From Antechinus flavipes (lineage: Eukaryota), in assembly GCF_016432865.1 (NCBI RefSeq), contig NC_067401.1:479570001-479634000 (forward strand): a stretch of DNA of 64,000 bases, in the 5' to 3' direction. This document shows, in pieces, positions 1-16,770 of the stretch. The notes beneath the pieces were generated by a model that had not been told where the DNA came from, made no database searches, and was given only the letters and a program-made list of their open reading frames with translations. Made by a program: the position numbers and the translations under genes. Positions within the stretch are counted from its first letter, which is position 1. Every line of letters begins with the position of its first letter.

Positions 1-329
1 GGACCTGGAGACCTGAGTTCCTATAGTTATTGGTTGTGTGAGCTGGACACGTCCCTTAATCTCTATCTACCTCAGTTTCCTCACATATAATACAATTCCT
101 CACAACTCCCAGAGTTGTTTGAATCAAAGCATTTAGCACAGTCTCTGCACAGAGTGGTATGTAAATGTTAACCTTTATTATTGTTATTGAGGTGGTGGCA
201 GTGGTGATATCGATGATGATGTGTCAAGAATTTTGTTACTCTAGAGTGACTAGAGGGGAATAGAATGTTTAACGTTTAGTTTAAAGTTTAAAGATAGGAA
301 GAAAGCAGGTTATGAAGAGCTTTTTTATT

Positions 330-1290
330 AAAGTTTTTTATTTTCAAAATATATGCAAGGATAATTTTTCCTTGATAAACCCTGTATTTCAATTTTTCTC
401 CCCTTTCCCTCCCATCCCCTTCCCTAGATGGCAAATAATCCAATGTATGTTAAACATAGTAAAATATATATGATGAAACCAATATATGCATACATATTTA
501 TACAATTATCTTGCTACACAAGAAAAATCAGATCAAAAAGAAAAAAATGGGAAAGAAAATAAAATGCAAGCAAACAGTGGATAAATGATCATGTGATCTT
601 GTGGTTGCTCTTTGTTCAGAATGAATAAAAAGAGTGAGAATAAAAAGAAGTGAAAAAGAACTCAGTTCCCACAGCCCTCCTCTGGATGCAGATGACTCTT
701 TCCATCATCGGAACTGGCCTGAATTATCTCATTGTTGAGATGAGCCAGGTCCATCAGAATTGATCATCGCATAATTTTTTTGTTGCCATTCTCCTGATTC
801 TACTCACTTCACTCAGCATCAGTTCCTGTCAGTCTCCCCAGGCCTCTCTGAAATCATTCTGCTGATTATTTCTTACAGAACAATAATATTCCATAACATT
901 CATATACCACAATTTATTTAGCTGTTCCCCCACTGCTGGGCATCCATTCAGTTTCCAGTTTCTGGCCACTACAAAAAGGGCTGCCACAAACATTTCCCTT
1001 TCCCTCCTTTATGATCTCTTTGGGGTATAAGCCCAGTAGAAACACTGCTGGGTCAAAGGGTATGCACAGTTTGATAACTTTTTCAGCAGAGTTCCAAATT
1101 GCTCTCCAGAATGGCTGGATGAGTTCACAACTCCACCAACAATGTATTAGTGTCCCTGTTTTCTCACACTCCCTCCAACATTTATCCTTTCCTGTCATCT
1201 TAGCCAATCTGAGAGGTGTGTAGGTTGTCTTAATTTGTACTTTTCTGATCAGTAGTGACTTAGAGCACCTTATGAACAGTTTTTAATTGT
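330..1290 (-). mobile_element. LINE-1, 5'-truncated (ORF2 C-terminus plus 3' UTR)
   Basis: ORF 914-1207 CWRECEKTGTLIHCWWSCELIQPFW matches the L1 ORF2 C-terminal cysteine-rich region. Confidence 0.9.
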
Positions 1291-1870
1291 GAACAAAGAG
1301 CAACCACAAGATTACATGATCATCTGTGATGGACCTGGCCCTTTTCAACAATGAGGTGATTCAGGCCAATTCCAATAGACTTGGGATGGAGAGAGCCAAA
1401 TACAGCCAGAGAGAGGACTGTGGGGACTGAATGTGGACCACAACATAGTATTTTCCCCTTTGTTGTTATTTTTTGCTTGCTCGTCTTTTTCTTATCTTTT
1501 TCCTTTTTGATCTGCTTTTTCTTGTACAGTATGATAGATATATTTAGAAGAATTACACGTGTTTAACCTGTTGGTGAGGGTGGGAGAAAAAAATGTGGGA
1601 CCTAAAGTTTTGCAAGGGTGAATCTTGAAAACTATGTTTGATTTATAGGACTGCTTGCCATCTTGGGGGGGGGGGGTGAAGGGAGGGAGGGGAAAAAATC
1701 GAAACATAAGCGAGTGCAAGGGATAATGTTGTAAAAAATTACCCTGGCATGGATTCTGTCGATACAAAGTTATTATTAAATAAAATAAAATTTAAATTAA
1801 AAAAAAAAGAAAACTATGTTTGCATGTGTTCTGAAAAATAATAAGTTATTATAAAAAATAAAAAAAAGAA
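1290..1870 (+). mobile_element. LINE-1 3' UTR fragment containing a nested younger L1 tail (1641-1808)
   Basis: Marsupial L1 3' UTR text; 14-bp TSD GAAAACTATGTTTG at 1627-1640 and 1809-1822. Confidence 0.85.
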
Positions 1871-2149
1871 AACTTCTGAACAAAGAATCTAAATTGATAA
1901 CAGGGAGCTACCAGAGTTTATTAAGAAGAGGATCTCTAGTTTAGGACATCACTTTGACAGCTGAATGGAGGACAGGAAGGTACTGGAGGGAGGCTCCCAG
2001 GAGCTACGGCACCAGCCCAGCGATGGGGCCTTGAAGGTGGAGGTGGAGAAAAGGGAACATGTGCTACGGGCGCTGTGGATGGAGGAATGACCACCACTGG
2101 CGATTGCTGGAGAGTGTGGAGGCAGCCTAGCTGACAGGAAGGACGGAGG

Positions 2150-3050
2150 CGGCCTTGACACTGGGAGGAAAGTTAGGGGGAGGGGAGCTTCGGAGGCCAA
2201 GAGAGCGAGCTGTGAATGGTGAATTACGCGCCTGCTCCCCCTCAATCCGTCTCCTTTGGAGGAGCTTTTTCTGCCCCGCCCCCACTAGTACCTTCTCTCT
2301 ACCAGCTCATCCTGGGTTTGGACTCGGCCGTTTGCAAGTTTTCCCGGCGCCGGCAGCCGAAGGCCGGGTCCTTTGGGGCTGGTTTTGCCTTTTTCTCTGT
2401 GCCCCTCGTGGCCGGCCCCCGTGATATTCCTGCCCTCCGCCTGGCTCGGGAGGTCCGGCGCACAGCCGGGCGTGAGAGACCGGACTTCGGGGAGATGCGA
2501 GAACGGTGGGCAGAGAGATGGCCCCTGGATCCGCCGGCGCCCCTGGGATCCCCGAGACCCCGTAGAGGCAGAAGGGGCCCGGGCAGTTTGGGAGGACCCA
2601 GATCTCCGGGGGCGCCGACGGAGCGTTTCCCAAACACAAGGCGCCCCTCGGCTTGGCCGCTCCGCCGGCTTCCCAGCTGGGTGACTGGGCAGGGCGGGTT
2701 CCCTCCGGGCCTATTTCCCGGCCGTCGGGATTCTCGGCCAGGTTCGCTGCCATTGGCCGCTCCTTCCCCGGCTCTCAGGAGCGCTGCAGCCACAAGGTGG
2801 CGCCGCTCCCCCTCAGGATACAGCCTGGACTACCCAGGGGGCTGGGGAGGGCAGCAGGTGCAGGGGATGCTTGGGGGCTTTCTTCTCCACATCCAGCTTC
2901 ATCAGACCCCCAGGTTCCCCGCAAGCCCAGAAATGCAAGGAACACAGTGGGCGTTCTCCGGGGGGCCCACCTCCTTGGGACTCCCCAACCCCCAACCTAG
3001 GGACCACTGAGGCCGGTGAGCTCCAGAATGTGCCAGGGAGCCAGCCCCGC
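2150..3050. promoter_or_regulatory. CpG island with GC boxes, CCAAT, E2F-like sites and a CTCF-like site; no coding exon assigned
   Basis: CpG-dense; CCCCGCCCCC at about 2273-2282, CCATTGG at about 2750, TTTCCCGG twice, CCACAAGGTGGCGCC at 2790-2804. Confidence 0.65.
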
Positions 3051-4851
3051 AGCCACGAAGTCCTACTGGTTCAGCTCCGACCTACCCCCGCCTCCCTGTG
3101 ACCCCTCCCCCTAATGGATCTGCCCTCTGTGGGGCAAAAACTCTTTTCCCAGAGCCCCAAGAACATTTGGGCAGATCTGTCTCCCTTCAGAAGGCTTTTC
3201 TCCAGAATAAATTCCCTTTTCTTTCAAGGGACCTAAAGTGACCTAGCCTTGGGGCCCTTCTCCTTCCGGGCGCCTCCTGGGAACGCTCTCCCGCCCACCA
3301 GTCTAACAAGAAACTCCCAGCACTCGATGCAATCTATTTGTTCTTCAGAGAAACGCAGGTTAAAATTCCCAGAAGGCAAATTCCAGTCGGTATGGGGGAA
3401 AATCCCTGAAGGAGCCAGCCGGAGCGGAGGGGCTGCCGCTCATTCTGACCCTTTGCTCTCCTAGCTTCCCAGAACATGTCCTTCTGGAGGGCAGGGTTCT
3501 CTTTCTGCTTGCACTGACTTAGCCCCAATGGCCCTGGGCCATTTCATTCCCTCGGTTAATCAAGATGCAGTGATCCCATGTGGCAGACAGAGAGGGAATG
3601 GGTTTCTTTTCAATCCCAACTTTCTGTGATTTGGGAAGCTGACTTTCTCCTGGGCCAATACCAAATAAATAGAGGGAGAGAGAATGGGGGACAGGGAAGG
3701 AAGGCAAGGAGAACGAACCCCAAAGGAGCCCTGAAGGACAAAACAAAAGTTGAGAAGTAGACTTGCGTGTTCCTCTCAGGTAGAAAGGACAGTAACTCCT
3801 GGAAGGTGGGGAATGCTACTTTCAGGGAACTCCAGATGCACCGGAGATAGGTGGTACTCAGCCATCATTCCTAGGCACAGCTGGGGAAGGGCTCCCCAAT
3901 GTTATCTTGTGGCCTCCTCCCTCCTCCTGCTTCCAATTTCCAAGTTGTCTGGAGTCTGAAGACCCGAGTTCAAATTCGACTTTAGATTTACTCATTGTGA
4001 AACCCCTCTCAAGTCACTTATAACTCATTTGCCTCTGTGTTCTCAACTGTAAAATGGGAAGAGCACCCAGGGTTGTTGTGAAGACCGAGAGTTATTTATT
4101 AGGCGCTGAGCACAGTGCCTGCCACATACTGGGCACTGTAGAAACTCAAGCGATGATTATTATCCCACGGACCATCCAACTATTGGTAGCACCGGGAAAA
4201 AATATGAAGGTTTGACCTCTCTAATCCAACATACTAACGCCAGACTCTCCTTTAGGGAAGTAGTTGGGCCCAAGGATAAAGGCAAGTCGCTGAAATGGGA
4301 TTAAGGTGGACACCAGCCTTGAAACAAAGGGTAGCTGGTTACGGCCCCATCCCTCTGTCCAGTTGAGATCCTTGTGTGTCACATGACTAAGATGGAAATG
4401 TTTTGCATGGCTACACATGAATAACCCATATCAAATTGCTTCCCTTCTCAATGATGGGGAGAACGGGGGTGGGAGAGGGATTTAGGAACTCGAAATTTAA
4501 AAAAATGAATGTTAAAATTGTTTCATGTGATTGGGGGAAAAAGAAAAAAAAAAAAAAAGAAACAACAAACTTGAGTCTGGCCCAAATTTGGTTCCCAGAA
4601 GCTGGGGATGGCAATCCTGCCTGTCTTCCACTCAAATAAGGGATTAAAACAGGGTAAACCCAGGGGGTCACTCTTCCATAGCCAGGAGTGGCCAAGGAAG
4701 AAAGTGAGCAGCTCTGAGGACCCCAGACCCCTAGAAAGTTAGTTTTCTTTCCCCCAAATTTGGTTAACCCAAGTTGTTTGAACACACAGGCAGCTTTTTC
4801 TTTGATAATCATATGTCATCTCAGATTGTCTTGGTGTAGAGAGATGTTGGG

Positions 4852-5095
4852 GATGGCTGGATGGCCTGGTGGGTAGAACACCAGGCCTGGAATCAGGAAC
4901 ACTCATCTTCATGAGTTCAAATCCAGCCTCAGACATTTCCTAGCTGTGTGACCCTGAACAAGTCACTTTAGCCTGTCTGCCTCAGTTTCCTCATCGGTAA
5001 AATAAGCTGGAAAAGGAAGTAGCAAACCACTTCATTTTTTCTGCTGAGAAAACCCTAAATGGGGTCACAAAGAGCTGGACACAACTAAGCAACCA
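4852..5095 (+). mobile_element. MAR1-type CORE-SINE
   Basis: tRNA-like head, CORE segment and RTE-like tail (ggggtcacaaagagctggacacaact). Confidence 0.75.
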
Positions 5096-6259
5096 TAATA
5101 AGAGAGTTATCTGAAGTCCAGTGGAGAGGGAGGACTAAGCTAGAAAAATACAGATCTAGAACAATAGATTAATAAAAATTGTTGTTGGCAGGTTTTGCCC
5201 CAAATCCGGAGCTCAGTATCAGTGGTTTTCTTTCCTTTTCCCTGGCAGATCAAATAACTTTCTTCCTGGTCCCCAAGATAATTCCTTGGCCTGGCCCCAA
5301 AGCACCCAGAACTCTCTGCCCCTCCTTACTCCCCCCCCAAAACCGTAACTAACTCATTGTGTGATTGAGCAGATCCCCCCCCCAGCTCAGCCATGGAAGG
5401 GGAGAACTGGGGAGGTTCCTTTTTATCTCCTGATTGGACTGAGCTCCTTGAGAACTGGGATGGATTTTTTGCTTCTCTCTGTATCCCCAGCAAGCACCTG
5501 GCCTGGTGCCTGGCACACAGTAGGAGTAATAAATGCATGTCAATTGTCTAAAACTGAGCCTAGAGAATACTTTTTTTTTGGGGGGGAGGGAACGGTGAGC
5601 CGAGGGAGGTCATGATTATTACCTTCCAAGAAAATAACGTGGGCCCCATGTGAGACTAACTTAATAGAGCCGTCCAGAAACAGGGCTGCAGCGGGAGGTC
5701 ATGTGTGCAGGTGACTCTGGCCTCCTGGCCAAGAAGGCTCCAGAGGGGATTTCTGCCTCAGTGGGGGAGGGGAGAAAGGGGACAATGTGTCTGCGGTCAA
5801 GGTCCCTGCCAATGCCCAGACACCATCCCTTGGCTTCCCTTACCCAAATAAGGTTCTCAGATTCTGTAACTTCCCTATTCTTGGTAACAAGAGAAACTGA
5901 GGCAGGCGGTATTTTCAGTGCTGTTTGGAAGTCCGTGATGGGGCTGCCCACCCGTTGGTACCCGAGCATAAAGCACAGCCCCTGCCCCCACACCCTGCCC
6001 ATGGATACACGTGGGCCTACATGTCCGGGGCTCCTTCTTTCCCCAGCAGGAGCACGGAGGGCAGCCTGGCCTCCATCCGCCCTTCAGCCCCTGCCCTCTG
6101 TTTGGGCTTCGGTGGCACTTCGGGCCCCCCAGCTCGGTATGGTCCCATGAGCCCCTCTGCCGCTGCCCAGGGCCACCAAGGGCCAGGTGGGTGAGGGCCA
6201 ATGTGGTCAGCGCGAGACAAAGAGGCACAGAGCAGCCGAGTCAGGGAGGCCATGAGGCG

Positions 6260-6265
6260 TATATT
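6260..6265 (-). terminator. Candidate AKR1A1 poly(A) signal (variant AATATA)
   Basis: 45 nt after the stop, followed on the minus strand by a U/GU-rich stretch; no AATAAA seen nearby. Confidence 0.4.
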
Positions 6266-6309
6266 GATTCTAGCTCCCGCCTGGAGCGAAAGCCCAGACA
6301 GGTCAGGCC

Positions 6310-11313
<5,004 letters not shown>

Positions 11314-11457
11314 CGTTGTCTGAAACACAGGAAAGAGAGAGCTGGACACATGCCTTCCCAACAGCGCCAGTCCGATGGCTGCGGAAGGGACAGAGCGACC
11401 CATGGCCGGCCAGCCGTGAAGCCCACTGGGGAAAAGGAGGAGACATTGTGATGGGCA

Positions 11458-12072
11458 AGCAGCACCCCGAGGGACAGGGCACCCTGATACCAGAGCACCA
11501 AGAGCAGCACCCTCTGAGAGACAGGGCACCCTGATGCCAGAGCACCCAGAACAGCACCCCTGAGGGACAGGGTACCCCAAGAACAGCACCCCGAGGAATA
11601 GGGCATCCTGATACCAGAGCACCAAGAGCAGCACCCTCTGAGAGACAGGGCACCCTGATGCCAGAGCACCCAGAACAGCACCCCTGAGGGACAGGGTACC
11701 CCAAGAACAGCACCCCCTGAGGGACAGGGCACCTCAAGAACATCATCCCGAGGAATAGGGCACCCTGATACCAGAGCACCAAGAGCAGTACCCTCTGAGG
11801 GACAGGGTACCCTGATGCCAGAGCACCCAGAGCAGCACCCCCTGACGGACAGGGCACCCTGATGCCAGGGCACCCTGATGCCAGAGCACCAAGAGCAGCA
11901 CCCCCTGACGGACAGGGCACCCTGATGCCAGGGCACCCTGATGCCAGAGCACCAAGAGCAGCACCCCCTGAGGGACAGGGCACCTCAAGAACAGCACCCC
12001 GAGGAATAGGGCACCCTGATACCAGAGCACCCAGAGCAGCACCCCCCGAGGGACAGGGCACCCTGAGGGACA
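11458..12072. repeat. Compound minisatellite (about 45-bp unit built of gcacc-containing subunits) with 124-bp and 63-bp higher-order repeats
   Basis: 11487-11592 is identical to 11611-11716; a 63-bp period is seen at 11843/11906. Confidence 0.95.
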
Positions 12073-12301
12073 GCGCATCCCAGGGACAGAACTATGGGCA
12101 CAAATCCAGCAACAGGAGCCACAAAACTGACGAAACCATAGCCAACATCAGGGGAGCCCCAGAAACTAACATGAGATCCGCCACCTTGTCAGTGAATACA
12201 ATCTACTCCCCCTTTTCTTCCTTTTTCATTCAGCTCTTTGTATTGGATGATGAGTTAGAAGGTGGAAAGGAAGTCAGAAAAACTTAGAAGAGAGTTATAG
12301 T

Positions 12302-12452
12302 GGGGGGCAGCTAGATGGTACAGTGGAGAGAGCACCAGCCCTGAAGTCAGGAGGACTTCCGGGGAAGTTCAAATCTGACCTCAGATACTTAACACTTCCT
12401 GGTTGTGCGACCCTGGGCAATTCACTTAACCCCAATTGCCTCAGGGGGAAAA
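12302..12452 (+). mobile_element. Short marsupial tRNA-derived CORE-SINE (WSINE1-like)
   Basis: ggggcagctagatggtacagtgg...ccctgaagtcaggagg...cacttaaccccaattgcctc plus A-tail. Confidence 0.85.
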
Positions 12453-12859
12453 AAGGAGCTACCGTGAAGAGGGCAGGATAAGAAAGGGGGGTGGCTGGTG
12501 GACACATTCCCAAGAGACCCAGAGCCTCAGTATTTGGGTAACAAGGAGGCATCTGGGGACAGCCCTAGGTTTGTCCCAGTTCCCTGTGGCTTCCCCTGGT
12601 CACCCCACAATGAAAACGTGGTCACAGACGGAAGATCCCTCAGACCTCACTTTACTAATTAGGAATCAAGGGCCAATGTCACAAGGGTAGGAAGCTGCAG
12701 TCAGGATGAGGGGTGCAGTGGTGAGAAGCATGCAGCCCCCATAACCTACAGCCCTCTAGCTCGCCCCAACTCTTAAGTCCTCCAGGAGTGAGTCAATGTA
12801 GGGAGAGATGGAAAAAGGCAGTAGGTACAGAGTCAAGGCTGGGACCTGGATCTGTGGCA

Positions 12860-13070
12860 AAGCAGATAGAGCACTAGGCTAGGGCTCCCGAAAACCCCTT
12901 TTCCTGAGTTCAAACATGGCCTCAGACACTTATTAACTGTGAGACCCTGGACAAGTCACTTGACCCTTTGTGCCTCAGTTTCCACATTTGTAAAATAGGC
13001 TGGAGGAGGAAATGGCCAACCCCTGCCAAGGAAATCCCAAATGGGGCCATCCCTTTCTTGTCCGTGGGGT
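12860..13070 (+). mobile_element. MAR1-type CORE-SINE
   Basis: gagttcaaac...cctcagacactt...gtcacttgaccc...cctcagtttcc...gaggaaatggc. Confidence 0.7.
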
Positions 13071-13600
13071 GAGGGAAGCAGGCTCCTCTGGGAGGGTACA
13101 ACCGCAGCTCATCTGGGGGGGTGATGGAGCTCAGGGTAAGTGTGAGGATGCGTGACAGGCCCTGGGAGCTAGGATTAAGTGAATCGTGTGTCCATCTCTG
13201 GATCCTCACTCCCATATTGTTAGATAAATAGACCACATGTTAAAGCTCGTTAGGACGTAAGCTCCCAGAGGATGGGGATCCTGCTCCAGCTCCCCTCTGT
13301 AGGCTCTTAGCAGGGTGTGAGCCCTAAGCACCTCGGGCTTCCAGCACACATGTCCCAACTGAGGAGTCTGGAAGGGATGCAGAGGAAGGGTGGAGCGTGG
13401 AGCCAGAGACCTGGCGCTAGGTCCAGTCCTGGCCCTGCTGCTGTCTCTAGGTGTGGCCTCCAGCTCCAGATCCAGAGGGCAGTCCCCAAGTGGCCAGGGC
13501 TGCTTCCGGAGCTGCTGGAAACCCCTTAAGTGGAGGTCTCCAGGGACTGGGGCGCTCACACCACGTTAGGCGACTCAGGGACCTTCCGGAGCCCAGTTTA

Positions 13601-13619
13601 GCTGTGTCATCCTGACTCA
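13601..13619. promoter_or_regulatory. Composite ARE (ATGACACAGC, minus) and AP-1 (TGACTCA) in AKR1A1 intron 1
   Basis: GCTGTGTCATCCTGACTCAT matches RTGAYnnnGC and TGASTCA. Confidence 0.45.
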
Positions 13620-14329
13620 TTCCCTTCCCATTGTGAAGGAAGGGCTGGGAGACTCCTGGGTAGAGCAGGGCAAGAGGGAGAGAGGGATCCTACAGGTTGA
13701 ACCTCTTGGGATTCTGTTATCCCAAGAAGGTTCTAGAATTACAGCTAGAAAGAAGGGGGAGGGGAGACACCCGAGAACCACACTCTCACCTGGAGAGGTA
13801 AAGTCCACTAAGACCTAAGGCAGGGTGAGGTGCCTGCAAGGCTCTGGAGCCGCACCTTGAGCATTACCCCACGGGGATGGCCCAGGGTGTAAGCAGGAGG
13901 AAAGGAGATCCTTCTCCAAGAAGTCTTCTGTTTTCCTTCATCCTTCCCTACAGATGCTGGTTCCCTGTGCCCAGAAGTCCTGTAAGGCCGCCCAAATCAC
14001 CTGCTATTGCAGGACTCTCACCTGTTGCTTTTCCTGAGAGCTCTAAGATAAAATGCAGACCCAGCTGGGGACTCGGAAGTGCTTCACAACGTGGCTCCAG
14101 ACCCCCTTTTCTGATCTATTCCAGTCCCTTGTAACCAAACTGGCTGACTCCTAACTGACCAACTTCACTCATTCTCCTGCCTCCGTGCCGGCAAAGCATC
14201 CCCTCCTCATGTCGGCCTTCAAGGCTCAGCCCCCCCCCATTCCCGCGGATGCCAGGGTTCTCTCTCTCCAGCCCATATTACAACATCACCTTCTGAAAGA
14301 ATGGAAACTCGGGGCCGAGATCAGCTTTT

Positions 14330-16400
14330 CTTCAGAACATTCTTGGGGGACAGTCTAGGGAGTGTCTACCAGCGAAAGGCACAGGGGGCAGGGTCACCTG
14401 ATAAAAGAGAGGGCCTGAGGGTCTAATTCCCCAGCCTGGAAGCAGGTGACAAGGAGCCCGAGGCGACTCGGGGGACGGGGAAACAGGCCCTTTGCAAAAA
14501 GGGAAGGCGAAGCTGCCTGCCTGGCCCGCTGCCCCTACTCCCCTCGTGGAGAAGGAGGAAGATGCCGGGCAGGGAAACCTCCATGTGCAGCGCCAGCGAC
14601 TGGCAGGGGGGCGACGGCCCCCAGGGGTTAAACTGGGAGGAAGGGGCTCGAGAAAGGGGCAGAGGAGAGCTGCCCTGCCCAACCCAGCGACACCTCCACC
14701 CGCCCCAAGCCAAGGCAGGAGCTGCCAGAAGGCCCTTCTCCAAACCCGGGCTAAGCCGGGGCGGGGACCCCCGCGGAGGCGCTGCGCCCAAGCCGCGCAC
14801 CCAGGTACCGGACGCGAGCACAAACGGAGCCGGGCACGCGCATGGCTGGGGGCGGGGGAGTCCCGAGGAGGATTCGGGCCGCTTCCCACCTTAGTCCGGC
14901 CGCTGACGCTGGATTCTCTGCAAGAACGTTCCGGGGACGAGAGTCCGGGAGATGGCGCGCGCGCAAGGATCTATCGAGGTTCACAGCCTGGCGACTTCCT
15001 AAATCAAAGCCCCGCGTCTGTGCGCGCTCACACCACGGATTTGTGCCCGCCCAGAACGGACATTATCTCCGCCCCCTGCCCCTAAGCCCGCCCCCCCTGC
15101 CCCTGAGCCCGCCCCCCCTGCCGCTGAGCCCGCCCTCCCTGCCGCTGAGCCCGCCCTCCCTGCCCCTGAGCCCGCCCTCCCTGCCGCTGAGCCCGCCCTC
15201 CCTGCCGCTGAGCCCGCCCTCCCTGCCCCTGAGCCCGCCCTCCCTGCCCCTGAGCCCGCCCTCCCTGCCCCTGAGCCCGCCCTCCCTGCCGCTGAGCCCG
15301 CCCCTCCAGATCTGAGTCCGACCCCTCTAGGCTCTATGCCCTCCCTCTCGTCCGCCCACTTCGGTTCTGCGCCTTCCCTCCAGGCTCTGTGCCCGCCCCC
15401 TCCGGTCCTCGCAAGCTTTACGTGTCCCTCTCGCCCATGCGCCCGAGCCCTCCGCTCTGTGCCCGCCCCCTCTCGCCCATGGACCCGCCTCCTCGCAGCG
15501 GTCCCCCTTCGGTTTACTCCTTCCACGGCGCCTGGAGGCTGCCGGAGGAGGATCCCAAAGCTGGAGTGGAGAGCTGCGAGTACTCTCGCATTGGCCATGG
15601 CCCTTTCCTCGTGCCCCGTCCTTGGGGGAGGGGCGTGGCGCCGCGCTAACGCGAGCGCGCAGTCACACCCCCGTGGCCACGTGACCAAGGTTCGGCTCTT
15701 GGTGCTGCGTTCTGTCCTTCCGGGCAGACCGAGGCCGCCCCTGGGGGGTCTGGGTCCTAGCTCCGGGCTGCACTAGCTCGCACGCCCGACCGGAAGGTGC
15801 CGCGGCTCCCACGACTTAGCCGCCGAGGCTCACCTAAGTCTCCCTAAAACAAATATCTGGGACCTTGCGCTGCGCGTGCCCCACTCGTGAAAGTGGCCCG
15901 ACCTTTAGCTCCGAAGATCGGCCTGCCCTGAGCCCACTGCGGACACAAATATGCCCATCTTACCCAGCTTCCTCATCTTTCAAGTAGCGAATACAATACC
16001 CGTAGGCTCTATCTGGAGCCTAGGGTCAGAGACCCTAAAGGGCCGGGAAAGTTTGGGGGAAAACAATTCCTTCTGGATCTAGAGCTTGTCTGCCGCGATG
16101 CACGACGGCCGGCAAGGCGGGGCGCTCGCAGGCTTCCCCCGGCGCCCCACGGACCGCAGCCCTACAAGCGTTAAACATTCCCAGGATGATCGTGAAAATC
16201 AGATAGTGCTCGTTCAGTGCTTTGCTAGCCTTAAAGGGCAGGCCGCCGTTAGCTGGGAGCGGCCCTAGCTGCCACACAGGCCGTCATTTTGCCGGGGAGC
16301 CGAGGCTTGAGCACAGGAGGTGCTGGGACAGGGTCCCCCAGCCGGAAGGAGGCCGGCTGACCCTAAGGCTTGCTGCTGCTTCTGCGTCCACCGGTCACTG
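14330..16400 (-). promoter_or_regulatory. AKR1A1: AKR1A1 promoter CpG island with candidate non-coding first-exon donors at 14890 and 15834
   Basis: CpG-dense; AAG|GTGGGA and TAG|GTGAGC on minus; E-box GCCACGTGAC at 15676-15685; CCAAT at about 15591. Confidence 0.75.
15076..15304. repeat. 21-bp VNTR, 11 copies (ccctgcc[c/g]ctgagcccgccct), each with a GC box
   Basis: Direct reading; the ORF track shows LPLSPP repeated 11 times. Confidence 0.97.
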
Positions 16401-16539
16401 CTCATTGCACTAACACCCATCTGATGCCATGCCTCTGCTTCCGTATTCGGAGGGCCCCTTTGGTAGAGGGACTTTCTTTTTCCTTCTGTTTATATTCCCA
16501 GCATTGAGTATGGTAACTGACAGGCACAGGAAATATTGA

Positions 16540-16610
16540 ATGCTTCCTCCCTTCCTTCCTCGTCATTTCCCCCTCCCTCCTTCCTACTTCTTTCTTTCTC
16601 TGTATCTCTG

Positions 16611-16641
<31 letters not shown>

Positions 16642-16770
16642 GTCTGTCTGTCTCTCTCTCTTTCTCTTTCACTCTCTCCCCCTCCCTCTCTTCTACTTCT
16701 TTCTCTGTCTCTATGTCTCTCTCTCATTCTTCCCCCCTTCTACTTCTTTCTTTCTCTCTCTCTTTCATTC
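16540..16770. repeat. CT/TCTG-rich microsatellite
   Basis: Direct reading. Confidence 0.85.

Noticed and set aside
330-1870. Head-to-head L1 pieces as one twin-primed inverted insertion
   Set aside because: Both pieces contain 3' UTR sequence, so they are independent insertions
2216-3010. 264-aa ORF and possible NASP exon 1 in the CpG island
   Set aside because: GC-rich stop-poor sequence; the NASP N-terminus (MAMESTA...) was not found on either strand
11458-15304. Tandem arrays as possible CRISPR loci
   Set aside because: No unique spacers; vertebrate minisatellites
14842-15688. ORFs with LPLSPP or AGRAGS repeats
   Set aside because: Translations of the 21-bp promoter VNTR
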